Origin: a virus
IMG/VR virus record: IMGVR_UViG_3300034069_001614
Strand: one strand, 5' to 3'
Length of the DNA stretch: 20,731 nucleotides
The notes beneath the pieces are model-generated. The model was not told where the DNA came from. It saw only the letters and a program-made list of their open reading frames with translations, and did no database searches. Shown here one piece after another: positions 7,368 to 16,700 of the stretch. The translations under genes and the position numbers were made by a program. Position 1 is the stretch's first letter. Every line of letters starts with the position of its first letter.

Positions 7368-10300
7368 TCAAGCTCCTTTAGGTGAAGTGTTTTCCAAGAT
7401 AGCGAGTCTAGCCTCTATACGATCATTCTCACGAGACAAAGCGGCTTGCACAATCCACTGAATATAGTCATTGCGCAAATGCCACTCATTACCAGCCTCG
7501 CGTGCAGGAATAGCAGGCTTACCAGCAGAGGGAGGACGTCCAGGATCTTTACCATCGCTGGAAGGAGGAACACCTGGATCACTAGGCACCGCTGAAACAG
7601 CAGGAGTTGCATCCCATGACGAATAAATAAAAGCGGCATAACGGATATCGGTTGGAAGCGATCCGTCAGCGTTAAGACTCACTAACCCGTGTTTAGCAAA
7701 GATACTTACAACATCTTGAACATAAGGACCAAAGTGCCAACGTGCTGTATCTTCACCGTCAGTTGCAACAGCGCTGTTACGCATCCAGACCTTTACCGCT
7801 TTGGCAATTTCTAAACCTGCATCAAGTTCGGCCGAACTCAGTGAATCTCCTCCGTCAGCATCAGCACGAGGGGTCTTATAACGACGGTCAGATGATACAC
7901 TGGGTGAATTCTGAACAAACAGATTCTTCCACTGTTTATTGTTAGATCCACCCAAATCACGAGCGTTAGGCTGATCAGGCCAGCATACCCCACCTACTGT
8001 GATAGCACCATAAAGATTCATCCCAGAAGGCGAGAGATCGTAACCACCACCTCCTGGACAGTAACGGCGGAAATCCTGAGAACTAGGGCTATAATTATCA
8101 TAAGCACCACTGTTACCATACGTGTGCCAATAGCTACCATCGGTGGAAGAAACAAACAAAGCGGTTGATGAATCATTGTTGTAGCGTAGGGCATTGGTGC
8201 TCATCAGACCAAAACCACCACCGCCCCAATAACCAACTCTGTAATTTCCAATCCAAAACTCACGATTACTTGATGAAAGATTCATCACGTCACGAGAGTT
8301 ACCGGGATACGAAATAACGGGGTTACTATTACCATCGCCGCCAATCGAAAAAGCTAAGCTAAACACACTGGTTGCAGGATAGAAGGTATTTGATACCCCC
8401 ATGCTTTTATCAACCGTAAATCCGCCGCTGTCGAAGTGGCCTACCTTTGAACCCCCTACCCAGAATTCCCGGGTGTAACTATTTTTGTTATAGGTATCAA
8501 ACGTGCGATTACCTGACCCATCAGTGTACCAATTACGCACAGGTCCATTGGGTTCGTAATTATCGTAGAAGGTAGCATCTTGAATGGTTAATCTACCATT
8601 AACCGTCCATGACGTACGACTAGCTGTTTGATCAGTGATGGAGCGTATCGAGGACACCATGGAACCAAGCTGGTCCATCACCGAACGTTTGCTGTCCTGG
8701 GTATCAATCGTTGTTTCAACATTCACCACTGACATGGCAGCTACTACCACGGTCAGCCCGCAACCATGCGTCATCTGCTGCGTAGCTTTGGCTTGACCAC
8801 TACCACCACTACCTTGAACAGCGCTGGTTTCTCCCCAGGTCCAGGTTTTCTCATTGGGTGAATATTCAGCCCCCGTCCAATCGGGACCAAGATTACCTTT
8901 ATCAGAAGAGGCGGCAATGCGTCTGGCTGTACGGATCAAGGCTCCTCGAACAACATAGCTTGGATCGAAATTAGGGGTCGTCTGCATGATTTGCATGTAC
9001 CATGGCCATGCAACACCCGCAGAATGAGGATCTCGTAAGTTACCAATGTGGAGAAGTCCATCGATCATCCTACCACAGCCCTGAGTAGATACCATGGTGG
9101 TACCACTGTTTTGAGCTTCCGTTAAATAAGAAGCAGTACCTGTAGCCTGATAAAGCTGAGCACATAAAACCCCGTACCAGATGGTGCAAATATCCCAAAC
9201 AGCCGTAAGGGCACGGATACCTTTACCGAAATAAGCATCGACGGGTTGGTGATAACGCTGATTGGTGTCATAAGAGCCCCGGTAGGCCATACCACCGTTA
9301 ACGGATGAATTGTTATTAGCGTTAATATTAGGATCTAAGTTAAACGCTGCAAACATCTGGCCTTGTGATGGTCTTGAACTATCTGAAGGAGCAGATGTCT
9401 TTAAGTTTTGAAGAAAATTGTACGTGTTAACCGCATAGTTTTGAAACGCCGTGGTTAAAGCGGCTGACAGATTACCTCGGGCTACAAGATACATCGCCAA
9501 GACACCCCAAAGTGCCTCAAAGGAGGAAGATGAGTAACCACCAGCCACACCGGCGATGGCTGAACCATTAGAAGGATCGGGGTAGAGTACACCCCATCTG
9601 TTGGATTTAAAAGCGGTACCTGTCACTGGATCAGTGATACCATAATCAATCAGATCACTACCTGTTTGTAGTGGATCACGAAAACGAGCAAGCGCGTTGA
9701 TTAACAAAGATGTCAAATAACTAATGGCTTTAGCGCCATTAGTGCTGGTAGGTCCGTAATACTCAGCGACATCGCGCAGGTAAAGACCGACAATACCCAC
9801 ATCGTCCATGGTTACGCACAGTGGTAGAGAGCCACTTTGTTTACTGTAACGAAAGTTGGTTTCACTGTAATTCGTGGTGCTATCGCTCCATGTTGCCTCG
9901 ATCACCGCTGCCCAGCGATCACGAAAAGGCTGCTGGGTAGCATCACCAGCAGTAACCGCTGCAGATGCCATTTTCCAAGCATTGAAGATACCATGATGAA
10001 GGGTACCGCGCATCCACATCGACACACTCGGTGAGCCAAGTGATGGATCGAAATTGGTGGTACCAAAGTAAATACCCCCGCCATTAGCGTAATTGATTAC
10101 ATTGCTATGATTACCACCTACCCAATTGCTGTAGGTGTCATTCATGGCCTTATAGTAGCTGTGGGTCAACAATGAACGAGCACTGGTTGGTGCAATATCA
10201 GGTTTAGTTAAGAGCTGGGTGGTGACATCGCTGCTATTGGCTTTTGTAGACAAAGATGTCGTCACATCATTGATATTAGCTTTACCCGCAAGACCAATCG

Positions 10301-10544
10301 TCAACGCTGAGGTATCAGCTTTAGCAGCAAGCGCTGAGGTAACTGCAGTGTTATCAGCTTTACTAGCAATCGTCTGCACCACAGCGTCAACATCGGCTTT
10401 AGCGGCTTGAATCTGCCATCCGCCTTGACCGTCTTCTGTTATCAACCGATTAGTTTTGCGGTCAAAAAGCGCTTCACCGGGTAAAGATGAAACAGAGGTG
10501 TAGTTCCCTGTGGTAGAATACGTGAGTCTTGATCTGTTGGACAT
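7368..10544 (-). CDS. tailspike/receptor-binding protein 1: Mtd_N-like head, KAD repeats, GH76-like domain, beta needle, peptidase S74 chaperone
   Basis: Start MSNRSRLTYS at 10544 by paralogy; PGEALFDRKTNRLITEDGQGG; TMDDVGIVGLY (DD 9801-9806); SDRRYK (7875-7892), RWHFGPYVQDV, terminal coiled coil. Confidence 0.9.
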   Translation of the reverse strand: MSNRSRLTYSTTGNYTSVSSLPGEALFDRKTNRLITEDGQGGWQIQAAKADVDAVVQTIASKADNTAVTSALAAKADTSALTIGLAGKANINDVTTSLSTKANSSDVTTQLLTKPDIAPTSARSLLTHSYYKAMNDTYSNWVGGNHSNVINYANGGGIYFGTTNFDPSLGSPSVSMWMRGTLHHGIFNAWKMASAAVTAGDATQQPFRDRWAAVIEATWSDSTTNYSETNFRYSKQSGSLPLCVTMDDVGIVGLYLRDVAEYYGPTSTNGAKAISYLTSLLINALARFRDPLQTGSDLIDYGITDPVTGTAFKSNRWGVLYPDPSNGSAIAGVAGGYSSSSFEALWGVLAMYLVARGNLSAALTTAFQNYAVNTYNFLQNLKTSAPSDSSRPSQGQMFAAFNLDPNINANNNSSVNGGMAYRGSYDTNQRYHQPVDAYFGKGIRALTAVWDICTIWYGVLCAQLYQATGTASYLTEAQNSGTTMVSTQGCGRMIDGLLHIGNLRDPHSAGVAWPWYMQIMQTTPNFDPSYVVRGALIRTARRIAASSDKGNLGPDWTGAEYSPNEKTWTWGETSAVQGSGGSGQAKATQQMTHGCGLTVVVAAMSVVNVETTIDTQDSKRSVMDQLGSMVSSIRSITDQTASRTSWTVNGRLTIQDATFYDNYEPNGPVRNWYTDGSGNRTFDTYNKNSYTREFWVGGSKVGHFDSGGFTVDKSMGVSNTFYPATSVFSLAFSIGGDGNSNPVISYPGNSRDVMNLSSSNREFWIGNYRVGYWGGGGFGLMSTNALRYNNDSSTALFVSSTDGSYWHTYGNSGAYDNYSPSSQDFRRYCPGGGGYDLSPSGMNLYGAITVGGVCWPDQPNARDLGGSNNKQWKNLFVQNSPSVSSDRRYKTPRADADGGDSLSSAELDAGLEIAKAVKVWMRNSAVATDGEDTARWHFGPYVQDVVSIFAKHGLVSLNADGSLPTDIRYAAFIYSSWDATPAVSAVPSDPGVPPSSDGKDPGRPPSAGKPAIPAREAGNEWHLRNDYIQWIVQAALSRENDRIEARLAILENTSPKGA

Positions 10545-10588
10545 AAAAAACCTTTGCGTCACAAACGCGAGAAGTAAGTAAGGATAGC

Positions 10589-10610
10589 CATACAATGAAA
10601 GAATATTATC
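10589..10610 (-). promoter_or_regulatory. putative late promoter for tailspike 1 (TATG at 10589-10592)
   Basis: GATAATATTCTTTCATTG-TATG between the hairpin and the start codon. Confidence 0.45.
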
Positions 10611-10613
10611 ATT

Positions 10614-10645
10614 GATAAAGGAGGGGTTCAAACCCCTCCTTTATC
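10614..10645 (-). terminator. hairpin after the tailspike 2 unit
   Basis: Perfect 15-bp inverted repeat GATAAAGGAGGGGTT-CA-AACCCCTCCTTTATC. Confidence 0.8.
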
Positions 10646-10651
10646 GTAGTG

Positions 10652-10822
10652 TTACCCTGCTACGATGGGTTGTTTTTCCGAATCAACTACCGTTGTTTTA
10701 GGAAGGGCTGTTGCAACAACACTCATCCCTTTTGCAAGAGGAGCATCCTCTGGAGCATCAGGGCAAGGAACAATTTTAACAATGTGTTCACAATTGTCAA
10801 TAAACATACGATCACTGGGCAT
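10652..10822 (-). CDS. small hypothetical protein (56 aa; not in the ORF track)
   Basis: MPSDRMFIDNCEHIVKIVPCPDAPEDAPLAKGMSVVATALPKTTVVDSEKQPIVAG*; GAGG RBS; overlaps the spike 2 end by 11 nt; stops 6 nt before the hairpin. Confidence 0.6.
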   Translation of the reverse strand: MPSDRMFIDNCEHIVKIVPCPDAPEDAPLAKGMSVVATALPKTTVVDSEKQPIVAG

Positions 10823-13580
10823 GAAGAGCAGCCTCTATTTGAGTAGCATTGAGTCTAGCGATAGCCGCCAACATAAATTTGTCGATTTCATCGCGAACAC
10901 CGTATCGATCACCTGCCTCAACAGCATTTTGACCAGGTATTCCCATCACGGCTTCAACATCGATAACCCTGACGGTCTGTGTGCTACCGTCAGGCAAAGT
11001 ACGTGTTTCCACGTGAGAAACTTCAGCTACCGCTTTTACTTCTGGTACAGCGGGCTTTGCATCCCATTTGTCGTAAACAAGAAAAGACACCGGTGAATTG
11101 GTCATACTGCCATCAGGAATTAGACCTTCTTCAATGCAAATACGCCAAGCTGCTTGAGCACGAACACCATAGTGAATCCGGTCAGGGTTATCTAACCATT
11201 TGAACGATCCAATCTCTTGAAGAATACGCAATGCCGCGCGATATTCTTGATTGGATAACCCCGTCTGAATCCAGTCTTTTGTTCGTTCATCTGATGTCTT
11301 AATAGTACCGTTGGTGGCATAGATGTTTTTAAAACGAAGCGATGTTCCGCCAACACTGATGACGTTGTCATTAACTGGAAGAATATCGTTCAGTACGTAT
11401 GTATTGGAACCGTTTAAATAAATACCGTTTCCCGACAAAGTTACGATATTATTGTTTTGGAAATTACAGTAGAGGGCATTTCCATCAGCGGTGATATTGC
11501 TGCCACTGTACCCAAGATTAATGCCGCCACCGCTAAAAATACTACCAATGTAAAGTTGCCCGCCAAAAGTAGTGGCGAAGGCTTGTATTCCACCGCTGTT
11601 AGTAGTGATGCCGTTATCACAAACTAAGGAACCGTGTAGTGTTTGTGATCCAAAAAGAGTCTCACCCCCACTATCAATGCGGCGAATTTCACTTTCGTTG
11701 ATGAATTCTTGAAATCGATTGTTTGAACCATCCCAACTTCGGCGGTAAGCTTTACCAATAGGACCCATTTCTTCCATGGGTCTGAGTTTGCTGGCACTAA
11801 TACCAGCCAACGCGGCTGCCACATCCGCTGTGAGAATTTCAACAGCCCCAGCATTCATACCCGAACCAAGCGCTGCTTCGACTGATATCAACATGGCTCC
11901 TGATGCGATAACACATAGGGAACTGCTGGCTGTCATAATCTGGCGACCACTGGCCTGTCCACCACCACCGGCTCCTGAATAAGCAGCAATAAGACTATCT
12001 TGTTCCCAAGTATATTGACCAGTGTCTTGTTGCTGTTCAGGCGGTCCCCAGTTAGGAGAAATAATCCCATAGGCACTTTGAGCGGCAATAATTTTTGCTG
12101 CACCAATGACGGCTAGTTTAAAGGTTGAATAATCGGTAGGATTAGGGTAACGCGCAAGTAAACGGCGCGTAAATTCAGCGTGCCAGAAACCATTGGTCCA
12201 AGGGTCTTGAGCGTTAACAAAACACGGAAGACCATTCCACAAACGACCAAACCCTGTGGTCAAGGTAGGATAAGCTATGGCAATTGATTGAAGTTCTGTG
12301 AGATATTTGGTGTCGTTGGTTAAAGAGAAAAGAATGTCGGAAAGAACACCCATGGCAAGCGTGCCATGATCCGCAAAAGCAGTACGGCCCCGCTGGGTTG
12401 TTCCGTAAATATCAGTAAAACGTTGACTACCAGGTGATGCGGTGGGACTAAGATTTAGCGCTGACACATAGATACCCGCCGCCGCCGACGAAGTTCCAGC
12501 AAACTTCAACCGTGTCTGCGCCCAAGACCATGTGTCAACCGCTCGTTGCATCAACGCCGATTTGATCTGAGTTGTTAGACTACTCGTAGTAGGCTGCTGA
12601 TAAACATAAAGGTCACAAATCGCTAATCCGATTTCATACCAAGCGGCAATGTCACCGTAACCACCCCCTTGATCATATCGGATACCCAGCGTGTTGCGCT
12701 GGATGGTGATACCACCAGGTGTAGAAACACCGTAGCTTACAATCGGGTTTGTTGATCGATTATCCGTGTACGTAATGTAGGTACCCGATACGTATTCGAT
12801 CAGGGTTGATAACACTGCACTGTCAGCTGACGCTTCATGAATCTGACGCAAGGCGTTGGCAAACCACGAATTGTCATCAGATAATCCAGAGGTAGGATTT
12901 TGACCATAAGTGGTGGCGATGATCTGTGTGTTGGTAAACTGAGTTTTAAAATAGGCCCATGCTCCAACAATGTTTTGTTGGTCCTGACTGGAACCTGTAA
13001 ATTTCCACCGGTGATATAATGCATTAATACCTTGTGCCCACTGCCAAGGACTGAGTCTATTACCGCTACCGTCGGGAAGTGTTAAATCAGGACATCCTGC
13101 ATTGGTAGGTCCTAGTCCGCGTGTAGGATAAAGACGGTTGTTTGAGGTGTCAAAAAAGCGCTTAAGCCAACTGGTATGATTGTTGGTGTAATTGGATAAA
13201 AGAACAGAAGCCGGATTGATAGGATATCGGTCTGATTTTGTTAAAAATGAAGCAGTAACATCTGAGACGTTTGCCTTGGTGGCTAGAGCCGTTGTAACAT
13301 CAGAGCTATTCGCTTTTGACGAAAGATTAAGCGCAAATGTACTGTTGCTTACTTTGTCGGCTAAAGCACTGGTGACACTAGCCTGATCAGCCTTGCTACT
13401 TACTGCTTGAGTAACAGCCGTTACCTCATCCTTTGTGGCATGTAATACCCAACCACCATTTCCATTTTCAGTAACAATGCGACCGTTTGTGCGGTCCACT
13501 AAAACCTCACCAGCTTCAGACTGGATATTGACATAACCCCCATTAGTGGAATAAGGGATTGTTAAACGATTACTGGTCAT
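10812..13580 (-). CDS. tailspike/receptor-binding protein 2, same architecture, clearest GH76-like motifs
   Basis: Start MTSNRL at 13580; SPWQWAQGINALYHRWKFTGS; SDDNSWFANALRQIHEA (DD 12873-12878); LTNDTKYL; SDERTK (11277-11294), IHYGVRAQ, DRYGVR. Confidence 0.9.
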   Translation of the reverse strand: MTSNRLTIPYSTNGGYVNIQSEAGEVLVDRTNGRIVTENGNGGWVLHATKDEVTAVTQAVSSKADQASVTSALADKVSNSTFALNLSSKANSSDVTTALATKANVSDVTASFLTKSDRYPINPASVLLSNYTNNHTSWLKRFFDTSNNRLYPTRGLGPTNAGCPDLTLPDGSGNRLSPWQWAQGINALYHRWKFTGSSQDQQNIVGAWAYFKTQFTNTQIIATTYGQNPTSGLSDDNSWFANALRQIHEASADSAVLSTLIEYVSGTYITYTDNRSTNPIVSYGVSTPGGITIQRNTLGIRYDQGGGYGDIAAWYEIGLAICDLYVYQQPTTSSLTTQIKSALMQRAVDTWSWAQTRLKFAGTSSAAAGIYVSALNLSPTASPGSQRFTDIYGTTQRGRTAFADHGTLAMGVLSDILFSLTNDTKYLTELQSIAIAYPTLTTGFGRLWNGLPCFVNAQDPWTNGFWHAEFTRRLLARYPNPTDYSTFKLAVIGAAKIIAAQSAYGIISPNWGPPEQQQDTGQYTWEQDSLIAAYSGAGGGGQASGRQIMTASSSLCVIASGAMLISVEAALGSGMNAGAVEILTADVAAALAGISASKLRPMEEMGPIGKAYRRSWDGSNNRFQEFINESEIRRIDSGGETLFGSQTLHGSLVCDNGITTNSGGIQAFATTFGGQLYIGSIFSGGGINLGYSGSNITADGNALYCNFQNNNIVTLSGNGIYLNGSNTYVLNDILPVNDNVISVGGTSLRFKNIYATNGTIKTSDERTKDWIQTGLSNQEYRAALRILQEIGSFKWLDNPDRIHYGVRAQAAWRICIEEGLIPDGSMTNSPVSFLVYDKWDAKPAVPEVKAVAEVSHVETRTLPDGSTQTVRVIDVEAVMGIPGQNAVEAGDRYGVRDEIDKFMLAAIARLNATQIEAALHAQ

Positions 13581-13623
13581 ACGAAATCTCAATTACATTG
13601 TAAAAAAGTACCGAAATAGCGGT

Positions 13624-13646
13624 CATAAGATCAAGACAATAATAAT
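13624..13646 (-). promoter_or_regulatory. putative late promoter for tailspike 2 (TATG at 13624-13627)
   Basis: ATTATTATTGTCTTGATCT-TATG, closely matching 1225-1244. Confidence 0.5.
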
Positions 13647-13656
13647 TATCAACAAA

Positions 13657-13686
13657 GTAAGAGAGGGGTTTTAGCCCCTCTCTTAC
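13657..13686 (-). terminator. terminator hairpin after tailspike 3
   Basis: 12-bp stem GTAAGAGAGGGG/CCCCTCTCTTAC followed by TTTGTT on the minus strand. Confidence 0.8.
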
Positions 13687-13702
13687 CCTTTGCTATCTGT
13701 TA

Positions 13703-16700
13703 TTAACGTGATTCTAAAGCAACAACTCGCTTCAACAGATCTTGGTAGTTGTTTTCAAGATTTGTCTGGCTAGTTTCAAGATCACTGATAGCCTGCTCGT
13801 GAGCAGCAGCAATCCATACCAACAAGGCTTCATAACGAACCGTATAGAGACTTCCTGCTTCTACCCCTGGGATAGCTGGACGACCAGGTACCCCGTGCTG
13901 GGTAATAATCAGCTGCTGCCTTGGTTTCCCATCGGCATCAAGTAGAAGAGTTCCATCTCCCAGCACAATGTCTTCAAGATGAGAGATTTCAGGAACAGCA
14001 ACCACTGCTTCTTGAGCAGGAATAGCATCCCAACTATCGTGACCTACCCAATCATAAGGAAGATCAGTAGCTAGATCTCCAGCACTTGGAGCTGGAATCA
14101 AATTGCGCGTTTGTAATTCTTGAATCACTGCTTGAGCAATAACACCTGAATGCCAACGGGCACTATCTCCCTTATCAGCTACAGCCTTTTTATTCTTGTA
14201 CTTGGTGAGAATCTTCGCAATAGCCCGAGCAGCTGCTAGCTCTTCTGGACTAAAAGGAGTAACCTCCGTTTTAGTGGTAGCATCAGATGTGACGTTGGGC
14301 TGATTACCAAGATAAATACCTGCTGCACGATTAGAAGGTGAGGCGAAGTTAAAGACATTGTCTTGACTAAACTGATAATGATAACCAGCCGTTACAGCAC
14401 CGTAAACAGTGACGTTGCCTGCATCTATCCGTAAACCTTCGGTGTTGTTGGCAACAAGACTGATATGCCCTGCGCCGTTTAACACCGAGGCGTTGATATA
14501 GGTTCCAGCGATCCCCAGGCTTAATCCCGGTAAACCGCCAGGAGTACCAAGATAGAGCTGACCACCATAACTGTTAGCAAACGCACTCACCCCGTTGTTA
14601 AGGACTGTAAGATTGTTCAAAACAGTGGTAGCATTAGTACTGCACGAAATAACGGTGGTGCCTCCAACGGTTCCTTCCCACGCACCGCTTGAACGGTTAA
14701 ATCCAAAGCGAGTAATGGGTGTATCACCCATGACATAAAAAGAATAACCGTCGTGATGAAAGCCAGTGTTCATCAACTTAATTTTAAAGGGATCAGCAAA
14801 CAGCTGACCACCAAATAGTGACGCACTGGTTTCTTGGGCTGCTGTTAAAGCAGCAACATCGGCAGCTAGTGTTTCAATGGTGTAGTTACCGCTTACGCCG
14901 CTACGAGAAAGAGCAGGGTCATGATCAGCTGCCAAACCTGCAGCGGCGCCTACCACTGTTCCAGCACAACCATTGGTGGTTAGCTGACGCGGGTGACCAA
15001 AGCCACTACCGTTGGGACCAGCATAATTGTAACCGGTATCCTCAATCCATGTTGAGGTATAACGACCAGGTGCAGGACTATACTGACGACCCATCCAGTC
15101 AGCATCAAGATAACCATCTGCTGAACGAGCAACAATGGAACGGGCGGTGTTAACAACCACCTGCCGGAAATAACCGATAGGATCTGTGGTGGTGTTACCA
15201 GCTTTAACACTGGCTCTACAACAACGCGTTAAGTCTCCTAAAGCCTGACCATCAATCCAAGCATCACGAAACACACCAAACACCCGCACACCGTGATAGT
15301 CACGAGCGTAGCCATGATCACTGGTAACGGCTTGCAAGATACTTTCAAATTCGGCTAGGTAAGACGCGCCACCACCTGCTTTCCATACCCAGTAATTCGT
15401 ACAACCAATCTCATAGGTTCCATCAGGAAAATGAGCGGTAAGACCCCGGTAAGGACGATCATAAAACGCTTGATCGCGCGGTTGATGGTAGACATTGACC
15501 CCGTTGTAACTTCCCTCAACAGGATTACCGTTGTTGAAGGTCATATCCACAGCACTGTGGATATTAGGATCAAGGTTCAGTGTTGCCCAGTGAATACCTT
15601 GTACCGCTTTTGCAGGGGTTGTAGGTGCCCCAGTTCGCATGGTGTTGTAGTAAAAATCAGCACGGTTCTTGGCATAGGCCAACAAAGCAGCTTGATAGGC
15701 TGCTGACACCCAGCTCTGCTGGCTTAACCACCCTGCCACATGTGACACTTTGGCTTCATAGATCGTTGAAACATAACCAGTGGACGCTTGGGTAGCTTTA
15801 TCATTAGGCGGAGGATAAAGAACACCCCACTGATTCCACTTTAACGAACGCCCATCTGGGGTAACATTTGCATAAGTGTAAAGATCTGAACCTGTTTGAC
15901 GCGGATCCAGAAAAGAAGTAAGCAGGGCAGCTAGCGCTTCTTGAATAACAGCTTTTGCTGTTGCATCACCAGTGACTTCAATGACCTGTTTCAAATATTT
16001 CAAAACATGACAACCATCATCCATCCAACCAATGGCTGTTCCAACGGTTAACGCTTTAAGATCACTAAGCGACCATTTTTGCTGCACATAATTCCAGTTG
16101 TTGCTGATCATGGTGGCAACACTAGACGCAGTCGCTGTGTCTGCTTGGTCTTGAGCTAATTTCCAACGTTCATAAAACGGTGTATGAATAGTTGCCATCG
16201 CCCATAAATCAGGCTGAGCTGTAGGAGGCGATGTTGTATCGGCTTGGTGACACAGGTTAGTTTGTGCTCGCACCCCTGGCCACAGGAAATTACCACTAGG
16301 ATAAACAAAGCGCAATGTTAGATTGTTATATACCCGGTCAAACGCGGCGAGCATAGCGGTGAATGGTTGGGTAGGATAACGATCGGATTTGGCTAGCAGC
16401 GAGGTAGTCACATCACCACTATTAGCTTTACTGGCCAGTGCTGTCGTCATAGCGGCTGCATCAGCTTTAAGAGCAAGACCTGCTGTAAGGGCCGTAGTGT
16501 CTGCTTTACCAGCCAGTGATGTTGTTACATCGGTAACATTAGCTTTAGTACCTAGTGCAGCGCTGGTGGCAGCAGCATCGGCTTTTGCAGAAACAGCATG
16601 GGAGACAGTGGTGAGTTCAGCACTAGTGGCGTGCTGAATCCAGCCACCATTACCATCATCGGTTACAATTCTACCGCTGTTGTGGTCAGTGAGTACATCA

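Noticed and set aside
10545-10631. 29-aa N-terminal extension of spike 1
   Set aside because: TTG start lies inside the hairpin; paralogues start at M(T)SNR
10665-11096. 143-aa + strand ORF and other short antisense or nested ORFs in the spike genes
   Set aside because: Shadow ORFs; Ala/Val-rich ones mirror the KAD repeats
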